The notes under the pieces: generated by a model
Seen by the model: only the letters and a program-made list of their open reading frames with translations
Databases searched by the model: none
What the model was told of the DNA's origin: nothing
Sequence record: PV357169.1
Reading direction: 5' to 3' (one strand)
From: a phage
DNA: 43,293 bases
Shown here: one piece after another, positions 7,649 through 16,501 of the stretch
Layout: every line of letters starts with the position of its first letter
Position numbering within the stretch: the first letter of the stretch is position 1
Program-made: the position numbers and the translations under genes

Positions 7649-8439
7649 TGGACCAGCCCTGGCTTAGAGCGTGCAAGCGCCTGGCCGTGGGGCAGAGGGC
7701 ACGCTTTCGGTGCTGCGGCAGGGACTCCGCCGGGGTGCTCTATAATAACCCGGATGCCTGGGAATACTATTGCCACCGCTGCAAACAGGTAGGCAAGGAG
7801 CGCAAGCAGTACCAGCGCATACAGTTACAGGAAGAGCCGAGGGTGCAGCCCTCTGCACCTGCAGATGCAATTTGCATTAGCCAAGCGCCTGCAGAAACGC
7901 AGAGTTTTATTTACGGATTCCTTGCTTCAAAGGGAATCATGCCTGAAATGGTGGGGGATGCAGAATGGAGCAAAGAGAAACAGCGGATAATCTTCCGTGT
8001 CGGAAGCGCTGCTCTGGGCCGTGCAGTACATGCTCGGCAGCAACCGAAGTGGGTAATGTACGGCCAGCCAATAGCTTTCGCTGTCGCGGAACCTGCCGTA
8101 GCACCGGCTGTAGCTGCGGGCGCTCCTCTAAAGGTCGTGCTCACAGAGGACTTACTCTCAGCCCTGAAGATACAGCACGCAGTTACGAGCTACAGTGCGT
8201 TGAACGTGCAGGCTATAGCTATGCTGGGTACACGCTTGCCCACGCAGCTAAGGGCCTGGCTGATTCAGAATCGCCCGGAAGTGATTCTAATGTTGGACAA
8301 TGACCCGGCAGGACATGCTGGGGTAGCGGCAACACGCCGGGCACTGCGCCCGTTCATGCAGTGCCGAGAACACTACTTCGCTGCGGATCCTAAGGACGCA
8401 GAAATCAAAGAGATACTGGAGGCATTAACTTGGACTTAA
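7648..8439 (+). CDS. DNA primase (zinc-ribbon + TOPRIM)
   Basis: CCGRDSAG...YYCHRCKQ zinc-binding pattern; acidic TOPRIM motifs LTEDLL and MLDNDPAG. Confidence 0.7.
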   Translation: MDQPWLRACKRLAVGQRARFRCCGRDSAGVLYNNPDAWEYYCHRCKQVGKERKQYQRIQLQEEPRVQPSAPADAICISQAPAETQSFIYGFLASKGIMPEMVGDAEWSKEKQRIIFRVGSAALGRAVHARQQPKWVMYGQPIAFAVAEPAVAPAVAAGAPLKVVLTEDLLSALKIQHAVTSYSALNVQAIAMLGTRLPTQLRAWLIQNRPEVILMLDNDPAGHAGVAATRRALRPFMQCREHYFAADPKDAEIKEILEALTWT

Positions 8440-9710
8440 TAGTTGTGCGTGCAATGTGCACGCAGAAGGTCTGGAACCGACTGCGAGAGCAGATACCCAA
8501 GTCTATGCTTGCGCCGGACACCTCGAACCTGCTGGACTGGGTAGGGCTGTACTGGAACACGTACCCAGAGCACCAAGAGGTGCAGTGGGATGCGATGCAG
8601 AGTATGCTCAACCTCCGGGCCGGGCATCTATCCCGTGAAGAGCGGGTGATTATGGATGAGCTTATGCGGGGAGTACAAGCCGTACCACAGGATTCTGTGG
8701 TGGGGATTGTGCAGACCCTGAATGAGTTGGCATACAGCGGAGAGGTTGCAGCGCTCACGCAGCGCTACCAAGACGGTGAGGAGGTTGATTATCTACTGGA
8801 GATGAAGCACCTCCAGCGCAAGTACGGGGATGGTGCTGCTGTTCATGATTCGCTACTAGAGTGGGAGAGCGGAAGTGTTGATGAGATACTTGCCGCGACT
8901 GATGAAAGTGGTGGTCTTAAACTGGGCGTATTTGAGCAACTCTCTAATAGCATCCGCGGGCTTCGCGGTGGTGATTGTATTGCTGTGGCTGCCCCTGTTG
9001 ATTCTGGTAAAACTAGCCTACTCGCTGCTATTGCTGTGGACTTTGCTAAGCAGATGCAGCAGCAACCGGAGGTGTACGGGGATCGTCCGATTCTATGGCT
9101 GGTTAATGAAGGCCCGGCGACGCGCACTGTGCCGAGGGTATACCAAGCGGCGCTGCATTGGACTCTGGCTGAGATTAAGGACAGGCACAGTAAGCAAGAG
9201 TTTGTGCCGGCCTATTTGGAGAAAGTAGGTAGGGCTGACCGCATCCGTATCAAGGCGGCACACTCTCTTACTATGGCTCAAATCTCTACGCTAATGGAGG
9301 AGATGCGCCCGGCGGTAATCATCATAGATATGGTAGCTAACATCCGTGGTGGTACGATGGAGAGCGAACACCAGAACCTAGAGGCGAAGTGGCAGGAGCT
9401 GCGAATCCTGGGGTGTGAGAATGACTGTGCCGTTATTGGTACTATGCAGCTTTCACTCGAAGGTTATAACCTGCTGTTTCCACCGCTCACAGCAATGAAG
9501 CAGAGTAAGATTGGTGTGCAAGGTGCTTTGGATTTAGCAATTATGATGGGGTGCTTGGACAGGAACGAGCAGCCGCATATGCAAAACATTCGTGGTATCA
9601 GTACGCCGAAGAATAAGATGGCGCTATCGGGTAAGGAATCGCTACTGCAATTCGAGGTAGCATTCGACCCAGGTAGATGCCGATTTAACGAAGGGCAGAT
9701 TAACAAGTGA
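8430..9710 (+). CDS. Replicative DNA helicase (DnaB/T7 gp4 C-terminal-like)
   Basis: Walker A AAPVDSGKTSLL; directly follows the primase; probable TTG start with GGAGG RBS. Confidence 0.75.
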   Translation: MDLIVVRAMCTQKVWNRLREQIPKSMLAPDTSNLLDWVGLYWNTYPEHQEVQWDAMQSMLNLRAGHLSREERVIMDELMRGVQAVPQDSVVGIVQTLNELAYSGEVAALTQRYQDGEEVDYLLEMKHLQRKYGDGAAVHDSLLEWESGSVDEILAATDESGGLKLGVFEQLSNSIRGLRGGDCIAVAAPVDSGKTSLLAAIAVDFAKQMQQQPEVYGDRPILWLVNEGPATRTVPRVYQAALHWTLAEIKDRHSKQEFVPAYLEKVGRADRIRIKAAHSLTMAQISTLMEEMRPAVIIIDMVANIRGGTMESEHQNLEAKWQELRILGCENDCAVIGTMQLSLEGYNLLFPPLTAMKQSKIGVQGALDLAIMMGCLDRNEQPHMQNIRGISTPKNKMALSGKESLLQFEVAFDPGRCRFNEGQINK

Positions 9711-9713
9711 CTT

Positions 9714-9745
9714 CCCTAGCGCCTTCCTAGAGGGCGCTATGTAGG
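9714..9745 (+). promoter_or_regulatory. Conserved stem-loop element C (CCCTAGCGCC...GGCGCTATGTAGG)
   Basis: 7-bp stem TAGCGCC/GGCGCTA; related to elements A and B; sits just after the helicase gene. Confidence 0.4.
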
Positions 9746-9772
9746 TACACAGATGATGGATGGAGATATACT

Positions 9773-9871
9773 ATGTTTATACTGACAGACTGGGAGTGCA
9801 AGCACTGCGGGGCAAGGTTGACATTTATAGGTGGTATGTGCATCCAGTGTGGGAGAAGGCAGAATGCTTAA
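9773..9871 (+). CDS. Small zinc-ribbon-like protein (32 aa; CKHC...CIQC)
   Basis: GGAG RBS 8 nt upstream; two CxxC pairs; below the ORF-track cutoff. Confidence 0.35.
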   Translation: MFILTDWECKHCGARLTFIGGMCIQCGRRQNA

Positions 9872-10019
9872 ACCGTCCGACATTAACTATCTCGACGAAG
9901 AGGTAATTAAGGCGTACGCTGCATCTGTGGGTACTTTCAGCATACGGCCCGTGCTAATTAGCAGCCGGCTGATTGTGCACTTGGCTGTCAATAAGGCGCG
10001 GAGGATTAATTGGAGATGA
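9864..10019 (+). CDS. Hypothetical protein (51 aa)
   Basis: Internal ATG of track ORF 9831-10019 with GGAGAAGG RBS. Confidence 0.35.
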   Translation: MLKPSDINYLDEEVIKAYAASVGTFSIRPVLISSRLIVHLAVNKARRINWR

Positions 10020-10465
10020 CAGATTGTATCGACCACGGGCAGAAGGGAAGCACTTGCCGAGGAAAGTGCGCTGGATATGGCCGCTCCAGATTTGATGGAG
10101 AGACAACTGGAAGCCACCGCAAAGCGTATTGTATAGCCCACAACTTGAAGCTGAGTGATATCGCGGGACTTGTAGTCCGGCATTCGTGTGACAATCCTCG
10201 GTGCATAAATCCGGAGCACCTGCTACTAGGGACTTCTAGTGATAATATGCAGGACCGAAATAAAGGTGCGCGTAATTTGCTGGGCAGCCGCAACCCTGCT
10301 GCCAGACTTACCCCAGAAGACGTGCACAGTATACGAGAAGCATATGCTGGCGGTGAGACCCAGGTATCTATAGCGAGACGCTTCGGGATAAGTCAAGGAT
10401 ACATATCTAATATCATAAAGGGGAGGGTATGGAATGAGCAGAAGCATCCTGATAACGGATTATGA
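10010..10465 (+). CDS. HNH homing endonuclease (copy 1)
   Basis: HSCDNPRCINPEHLLLGT HNH core; paralog of 13155-13589; 3' end overlaps the DNA polymerase start by 32 nt. Confidence 0.8.
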   Translation: MEMTDCIDHGQKGSTCRGKCAGYGRSRFDGETTGSHRKAYCIAHNLKLSDIAGLVVRHSCDNPRCINPEHLLLGTSSDNMQDRNKGARNLLGSRNPAARLTPEDVHSIREAYAGGETQVSIARRFGISQGYISNIIKGRVWNEQKHPDNGL

Positions 10466-12773
10466 GACGCAAAATCACCCATATTACGGTAGTGTTGCTT
10501 CCCCGTACTGTCCGGATAATTACATCGTAGAATCAGCGTGGCGTATTGACCGCACGCACGATGACGGTACGGTAGAAGTAGGCCCCGTAGAGAGTGTACG
10601 GTATAACAGTCGCGCGCACTTTGAAGCGGCACCTGTATCAGAATGGCTCCCAATACCAGCTGACTGTTGGCTGATTGTGGCCCACAACGCCGCATATGAG
10701 ATTAGCTGGTTCCTAACCTTTGCGCGCGCCGAGTTTGAGGCCTTCCTAAAGCGGGGAGGTCGCGTATTCTGTACGATGCATTCTGAGTACATCGCCTCGG
10801 ACTTTCAGAGTATGTATCCGTCACTGGACGAGACAGCTCCTAAGTACGGCGGTACGCACAAAGTAGACGGTGTTAAGATTCTATGGGAGCAAGGTGTATT
10901 AACCTCCCAGATCGACCCTATACTATTGCACGACTACCTAGTTAACGGGGATATACCGAACACGGCCCTGTGCTTCTACGGCCAGTGCGGTATCTTTGCA
11001 GAGCGCAACCAAATGCAGTACGTATGGGAGCGCATGGATGCCTTACTGGCCTGGGCCTACTGCGAATGGTTCGGTCTGTTCGTGAATATGCCGATTGCTC
11101 GCAAGAACCAAGAAGAGCAGGAACAGCGTATACTGGAGATTAAGAAGGAGCTGCAGCAGTATATCCCCAAGGACTTGCCGGAGACGCTAGATTTCAACTT
11201 CGGTTCTGACTTTCATATGTCTGCGCTGGTGTATGGCGGCCCTATCAAGTACCGCAAGAAGGTGCCCTACGACCCGCCGCAATACGTCAAGGCGGACTAC
11301 TGGCAAGTAGGCGACACTTGGGTTGCTGTGGATGATATGCCCGCTCCCCCTGGGGCGACTACATACAAGGCCGGGAAGAACAAGGGCTTACCAAAAGTCT
11401 TCCGCATAGATACAGCGGAAGAGAAACTCAAATGGGAAGAGGACCTCTACTTCTGCCCAGGCCTGGTTAACATCCAAGAACTGCCCGAGGTACTCCGAGA
11501 GAAGTATGCTGAGCGTGGAGAGTTCAGGCAAGCCCGGAATCTGCAGGATGGGACACCAATCTACAGCACCAGTACTGATGCTATGGAAGCGCTAGCCCGT
11601 CACGGGTTCGAGTTCTGTCGATTGGTGAACGAGCTAGGTGCTCTGGAGAAGGACACAGGAACCTACTATCTACGAACGGAGTACAACGAAGATGGGTCAG
11701 TTAAAAAGACCTCGGGCATGCTTCAATACGTCATACCTCAGAACCCTGATGGTTCAGGTATTATCCACCACCGTCTTAACACCTGTGCCACCGTCACCGG
11801 GCGACTGTCAGGTTCTAACCCGAATCTCCAGAATCTACCGCGCGATGGGACGAGCCGGGTTAAACAGATGTTCACCTCTCGTTTCGGAGAATCTGGTCGC
11901 ATCACTGAGGTTGACTATTCGGCCCTGGAAGTGGTTATGTCTTGTGTTCACACTGGAGACCTTAAACTACTGGGGCTACTGCAGTCCGGCACGGACATGC
12001 ACTGTTACCGACTAGCATTTAAGGAGAACAAAACCTACGAAGAGATGTACGACCTGTGCCATAACGCTGACGGGCCAGACTACAAGTACTGGAAGCAGCA
12101 GCGTACGGACATTAAGCCCCCTAGTTTTGCTGCGCAGTATGGTGCTACGGCTAAGGGTATCGCCTTTGCTACCGGATGTACCGTAGAGTATGCACAGGCG
12201 TTCCTGGATAACGAGGCTAAGCTGTTCCCAACAACCATAGGATTCCGCGCTGTTGTCAAGGAAGAAGTAGAGCGTACCGGGGCAGCTGGACGCATTTACC
12301 GGGAGCAAGCTGATGATGGTAGTTATCGTATCTACCGAATTGGTACCTGGACCAGCCCAGCAGGTGCCCGCTACAGCTTCCGTCAGAAGGAGCAGTGGAA
12401 GGAAGTAGTCCCTGGCCAGCGCAAGCAGAAGGTGATGGACTACAAGGAAACCGAGATGGCTAACTACTGGTGTCAAGGTGAGGCGTTCTTCTTGATGGCA
12501 GTCGCAGCCGGTATGGTTCTGCGTGCGATGCTGGCACGTGACTGGTTCGACAATCAGGTGTGCTTGATTACGAACGTACACGATGCATTGTATCTTGACA
12601 GTGCCAATCCAGAGGTAGGCAGAGAAGCGAGCCTGTTAGTTAAGCAGTGCATGGAAGACGCACCTAAGCGTATCCACCAGCTATGGCCTAACTACGGTAT
12701 CATTGGGCAGGTCCCGTTCCCAGCGGAAGCTGAAATGGGTACAAGCATGTACAGTAAGGAGAAAGTAGAATGA
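10434..12773 (+). CDS. DNA polymerase, family A (T7 gp5-like)
   Basis: Motif A EVDYSALE, motif B K...FAAQYG, motif C VHDALYLD; N-terminal exonuclease-like region. Confidence 0.9.
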   Translation: MSRSILITDYETQNHPYYGSVASPYCPDNYIVESAWRIDRTHDDGTVEVGPVESVRYNSRAHFEAAPVSEWLPIPADCWLIVAHNAAYEISWFLTFARAEFEAFLKRGGRVFCTMHSEYIASDFQSMYPSLDETAPKYGGTHKVDGVKILWEQGVLTSQIDPILLHDYLVNGDIPNTALCFYGQCGIFAERNQMQYVWERMDALLAWAYCEWFGLFVNMPIARKNQEEQEQRILEIKKELQQYIPKDLPETLDFNFGSDFHMSALVYGGPIKYRKKVPYDPPQYVKADYWQVGDTWVAVDDMPAPPGATTYKAGKNKGLPKVFRIDTAEEKLKWEEDLYFCPGLVNIQELPEVLREKYAERGEFRQARNLQDGTPIYSTSTDAMEALARHGFEFCRLVNELGALEKDTGTYYLRTEYNEDGSVKKTSGMLQYVIPQNPDGSGIIHHRLNTCATVTGRLSGSNPNLQNLPRDGTSRVKQMFTSRFGESGRITEVDYSALEVVMSCVHTGDLKLLGLLQSGTDMHCYRLAFKENKTYEEMYDLCHNADGPDYKYWKQQRTDIKPPSFAAQYGATAKGIAFATGCTVEYAQAFLDNEAKLFPTTIGFRAVVKEEVERTGAAGRIYREQADDGSYRIYRIGTWTSPAGARYSFRQKEQWKEVVPGQRKQKVMDYKETEMANYWCQGEAFFLMAVAAGMVLRAMLARDWFDNQVCLITNVHDALYLDSANPEVGREASLLVKQCMEDAPKRIHQLWPNYGIIGQVPFPAEAEMGTSMYSKEKVE

Positions 12774-12991
12774 CTATTAAACCAGGTAGTATTGTGGAGA
12801 TACTAGGACTTGGGCCGGAACCATTAGAACCTAGACACCGTGATTACTTTGCACCTGGCACTCAGCATCGTGTGATATCTTATGATCCTGAACTCTGGGA
12901 GGTGGAATTAATCAATCCAGATAACAACTCAGAGAAGCCTGGGGATGGTATTACCTTCTTCTCTGGAGAGTACAAACTTATCGTGGAGTGA
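12770..12991 (+). CDS. Hypothetical protein (73 aa)
   Basis: ATGA coupling to the DNA polymerase gene. Confidence 0.5.
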   Translation: MTIKPGSIVEILGLGPEPLEPRHRDYFAPGTQHRVISYDPELWEVELINPDNNSEKPGDGITFFSGEYKLIVE

Positions 12992-13114
12992 TGATATAGG
13001 TGGACCCTTGGGTGGTGTAGGGGGTTAGGGTAGCATGAGAATTAGCTAGGGTCAAGCAGATAATTAATTAAAATTATTTGTTGACTCTGACTTGATTCTG
13101 TGATTTACCGAGAA

Positions 13115-13134
13115 TTAATGTGATACGAGTAGGA
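13115..13134 (+). promoter_or_regulatory. Variant copy of the conserved motif (TTAATGTGATACGAGTAGGA)
   Basis: 16/19 identity to the 21259 copy; 20 nt upstream of the HNH copy 2 start. Confidence 0.3.
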
Positions 13135-13154
13135 ACAACATAAGAGGATACCAA

Positions 13155-13589
13155 ATGTCGATGTGCATTGACCATGGGTATACCAAATGCCTTAATAAGA
13201 ACGGGTACCGCCGGGCATGGTATAAGCCAACTAAACAATTGGAGCTTCTGCACCGGGTGGTGTACGCTGAGCATAACGGGATAGACATAAGGGCAATGGC
13301 CGGGCTGTCTGTTAGACACACCTGCGATAACCCTAGGTGCATTAATCCAGAGCACTTAGTGCTAGGGACGCACTTGGATAATATGAATGACCGTGCGGAA
13401 CGTGGAAGGAACCCAGATGTACGGGGAGAGCGAAACCCAAAAGCACTGCTATCTTGGGACGCCGTGCGGGATATTAGGGCCAACTATGTCCCGTACAAGA
13501 AAGGTATGCGGCAACACTTTGCTAATAAGTATGGTGTGGGTGTACATGTAATCAGTGACGTGATAAGTAACAGGAGCTGGAATGCCTAA
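13155..13589 (+). CDS. HNH homing endonuclease (copy 2)
   Basis: RHTCDNPRCINPEHLVLGT HNH core; AAGAGGA RBS. Confidence 0.8.
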   Translation: MSMCIDHGYTKCLNKNGYRRAWYKPTKQLELLHRVVYAEHNGIDIRAMAGLSVRHTCDNPRCINPEHLVLGTHLDNMNDRAERGRNPDVRGERNPKALLSWDAVRDIRANYVPYKKGMRQHFANKYGVGVHVISDVISNRSWNA

Positions 13590-14562
13590 GTTAAACACAA
13601 TCAAGCTATTCACCAAAGAGCAGCACGTAGATATCCTAAGCAAGCACAGCTCTAACGTGGACGCTGCAGCCGCCTACAACAAGCTGGCAGGACTAGCTGA
13701 GCCGGTGGTGTACCGCCAGATGGTGAAGTACTGGCGCAGCATCTTCCTAGACCACAATGGTAGCAAGGGTAAGGCAGTATCTCACATGAAGGAGGCACTA
13801 AAGCTCATACAGCCTAGCCCCACTGATGACATCGGTAAAACCTTCGTACCGGAAGTATGCCACCGTATTCTCGTTGTCGGTGATCTGCATGCCCCCTATA
13901 CTCACGTAGATGCCATGGACTTCCTAAAAAGTGTGCGGGATGAATACTGTCCTGACATGGTGGTACAGGTTGGTGATGAGACGGACGGCCACGCTATATC
14001 ATTCCACGAAAGTAACCCGAACCTAGACAGTGCCGGGGTGGAACTGGAGAAAGCTAAGCTAGTGCTGGAGGAGCTGCATGAACTATTCCCGAACCTTCTT
14101 GTTTGCGATTCCAATCACGGGAGTCTTGTATATCGCCGCGCCAAGGCTCACGGCTTACCAGTTCAATTTATTAAGCGATACCGGGACATTCTATTCCCCG
14201 AGCATAGTGCTCCAGGTTGGTCGTGGGCCGATGCTTGGGTGCTTAGTACACCTCTCGGGCCCGTCCGGTTTCAACATCAGGTTAGCGGCGACTTCATGCT
14301 TAACGCGAGCCACGAGAGAACGTCGCTCGTTTTGGGGCATGAACATGGGCGCTTCGAAGTACAATATGCGGCTTCTTCTACGGCACTGTATTTTGGCGCA
14401 TATGCAGGGTGCCTGATTGACCGCAAGAGCATGGCCTTTGCTTACGGCAGACTCACCCGTAAGAAACCAATCCTGGGTGTACTGGTAATCACGGAGGGTT
14501 GTCCCCAGTTAATTCCGATGTTACTTGACGACAATGGTCGTTGGGTTGGTCGTTCTAAATAA
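13582..14562 (+). CDS. Calcineurin-like metallophosphoesterase (putative nuclease/phosphatase)
   Basis: Signature order GDLHAP, GDETDGH, DSNHG, GHEHG. Confidence 0.7.
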   Translation: MPKLNTIKLFTKEQHVDILSKHSSNVDAAAAYNKLAGLAEPVVYRQMVKYWRSIFLDHNGSKGKAVSHMKEALKLIQPSPTDDIGKTFVPEVCHRILVVGDLHAPYTHVDAMDFLKSVRDEYCPDMVVQVGDETDGHAISFHESNPNLDSAGVELEKAKLVLEELHELFPNLLVCDSNHGSLVYRRAKAHGLPVQFIKRYRDILFPEHSAPGWSWADAWVLSTPLGPVRFQHQVSGDFMLNASHERTSLVLGHEHGRFEVQYAASSTALYFGAYAGCLIDRKSMAFAYGRLTRKKPILGVLVITEGCPQLIPMLLDDNGRWVGRSK

Positions 14563-14575
14563 TATAGAGGTGATG

Positions 14576-14743
14576 ATGAAAATGGAAATCTGTTCTATAC
14601 TGGGTCTTATCTTTGTAACTCTGAAACTGACCGGCGTTGTCGCCTGGTCTTGGTTGTGGGTGCTGCTCCCGTTCTGGGGGCCTTTAGTGATCTGCCTGTT
14701 AGTAGTGCTCATTCTATTGGGTCTTAAGGCCTTAGCCAGCTAA
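14576..14743 (+). CDS. Small membrane protein, two predicted TM helices (~55 aa)
   Basis: Strongly hydrophobic ORF; several in-frame starts (14570-14582) after a GAGG RBS. Confidence 0.4.
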   Translation: MKMEICSILGLIFVTLKLTGVVAWSWLWVLLPFWGPLVICLLVVLILLGLKALAS

Positions 14744-14794
14744 GCCCTGCATCTGCACGTAAATATTATTTGAACTAAACGAGGACATAATTAT

Positions 14795-15655
14795 ATGACT
14801 ATGAATGCACTGGATACTCTGAACTCCCTGGTTGCTGCCGCGATTGAAACCCAAGAAGTTGATATGACTGAGACTGCCCAGGGTGGTGCGTACGAAGATG
14901 TACTGCTGCCGAAGGGTGAGTACTACGGTTACTTTACTGAGTACGTGGAAATTGGTAAGCGCCTGCCGACTAAAGGTGGTAAGCCTACCGGTAAGCCTGC
15001 CGCGGCGAACGTTCGCATCGGGATTGTGGTGTACGGCCCGAACGGTGAGGTGAAGCGTATCCGTCCGTATCCGATGACTATCAGCAACTTTGAGCGTGCG
15101 GGCTTCAAGAAGTTCTTCGACAAGCTCAACTATGATGGTAGCATTAAGCACGCTGCGCAGCGACTGGGACAGGCGTTTGTGTTCCCGGTGGACGAGCACA
15201 CCAGCGCAGCGGGTAAGAAGTCCAACATCGTAGACCTCGCAGCAATCCGTCCGATTCCTAAGTTCGACCCAAATACCGGCGAGCCAATTAAAATGCCTGA
15301 GCTGGATGCTTCCGAGATTAAGCTGTTCTTGTGGAACAATCCGACCAAAGAAACCTGGGATAGCTTGTATATCGAAGGGACCAAGGATGATGGTAAGAGT
15401 AAAAACTGGATTCAGGAAGACATGTACAAGGCTGTTGACTTCCCAGGCAGTGCGTTGGATATTATGCTGAATGCTGGTTCGGTTCCGAGTCCTCAGTCTA
15501 TGCAGGCCCCGGCTGCTCCTGCAGCCCCCGCAGCCCCCGCAGCCCCAGCCACCCCGGCTGCGCCCACTGCACCAGCGGCACCGAGTGCTCCAGTAGCACC
15601 AGCAGCACCAGTGGCTCCAGCGGCTCCTGTAGCGCCTGCTGCACCGCAAGCCTAA
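14795..15655 (+). CDS. Hypothetical protein with C-terminal (PAAPA)n low-complexity tail
   Basis: GAGGA RBS; residues ~240-286 are almost pure Pro/Ala repeats. Confidence 0.65.
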   Translation: MTMNALDTLNSLVAAAIETQEVDMTETAQGGAYEDVLLPKGEYYGYFTEYVEIGKRLPTKGGKPTGKPAAANVRIGIVVYGPNGEVKRIRPYPMTISNFERAGFKKFFDKLNYDGSIKHAAQRLGQAFVFPVDEHTSAAGKKSNIVDLAAIRPIPKFDPNTGEPIKMPELDASEIKLFLWNNPTKETWDSLYIEGTKDDGKSKNWIQEDMYKAVDFPGSALDIMLNAGSVPSPQSMQAPAAPAAPAAPAAPATPAAPTAPAAPSAPVAPAAPVAPAAPVAPAAPQA

Positions 15656-15707
15656 GCAACCCTATTACTAACTAATACGGCCCCGCCTGGGGCCTTAGAG
15701 GAAGCCT

Positions 15708-15962
15708 ATGAATATCATCAAGATTCTCACCAAACCCCTAAGTGCAGCTTATACAGCAGAAGCTAAACGTGCTGACGCTAAGGCACAAATGAATGAACAG
15801 TTGTCGATTAAGTTTGCAGATGATGCAGTGCGCCTGGCGGCACAATCCGAGGCACGAGTAGAAGACTCCAAACACAGCAAAGCTGAAGCAGCTAAGTGCG
15901 CTGAACAGGCTGATAAACTGCGCGCTAAGCGTGATGAAGTAGTAAACTTTCTGGGGGTATGA
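15708..15962 (+). CDS. Hypothetical protein (84 aa, Ala/Lys-rich)
   Basis: AGAGGA RBS; follows a GC hairpin (GGCCCC-GCCT-GGGGCC) at ~15680-15695. Confidence 0.55.
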   Translation: MNIIKILTKPLSAAYTAEAKRADAKAQMNEQLSIKFADDAVRLAAQSEARVEDSKHSKAEAAKCAEQADKLRAKRDEVVNFLGV

Positions 15963-15965
15963 TTG

Positions 15966-16343
15966 ATGGATAAAGTATTAGACGCATACAAGAATCTGGC
16001 TAAAGCTGTAGCTTCAGTGGTATATGACTCGGCGCATGATTATGTTGTAGATGATGATGAGTTGGGCACACTCTATGATGCGCTGGATAAACTGGCTGCC
16101 CTATACGGCATGGATCTGGAGCTGGCCGCTACCGCCTTCAAGGAACACAACGACCTGGCGGCACATGCCGATAAGTTGAAGGGGGACGATCTGGCAGTTA
16201 TCCGCATCGTAGGTACTCTCAGTATCGGGTTGGCGGAGATTGGTTCCTGTATCTACGACGTGGACCAGAGTCTGCGTACGCCAGAAGTAATCGGGGATAT
16301 GCTTGGTACCGTGTTGGTACTGTCTGAGTTGGAGTCGTGCTGA
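15966..16343 (+). CDS. Hypothetical acidic protein (~125 aa)
   Basis: ATG 15966 overlaps the upstream stop. Confidence 0.55.
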   Translation: MDKVLDAYKNLAKAVASVVYDSAHDYVVDDDELGTLYDALDKLAALYGMDLELAATAFKEHNDLAAHADKLKGDDLAVIRIVGTLSIGLAEIGSCIYDVDQSLRTPEVIGDMLGTVLVLSELESC

Positions 16344-16501
16344 TGCTATACTTACATCGTGCAATTTACGTAGTTTTGATTCTCCCACTAATCCCCTTGG
16401 CGGGACTCTGCTACCTGTGCGACAAGCTCACCAAGGCGAAGTGGGCTGAACGTTGGGTTAACTGGGCCGACAAGAAGGCTCGAGACATCACGGGGCGCTA
16501 A
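16343..16501 (+). CDS. Small hydrophobic protein (52 aa)
   Basis: ATG overlaps the upstream TGA and its stop overlaps the next ATG (TAATG); below the ORF-track cutoff. Confidence 0.35.
   Translation: MLYLHRAIYVVLILPLIPLAGLCYLCDKLTKAKWAERWVNWADKKARDITGR

Noticed and set aside
12012-12581. 189-aa minus-strand ORF inside the DNA polymerase gene
   Set aside because: Lies wholly within a well-supported + strand gene with clear polymerase motifs; antisense artefact.
14732-15649. 305-aa ORF on the minus strand (Cys/Arg/Trp-rich)
   Set aside because: Antisense shadow of the + strand gene 14795-15655, in part of the GC-rich Pro/Ala repeat; all supported genes are on the + strand and it has no RBS context.
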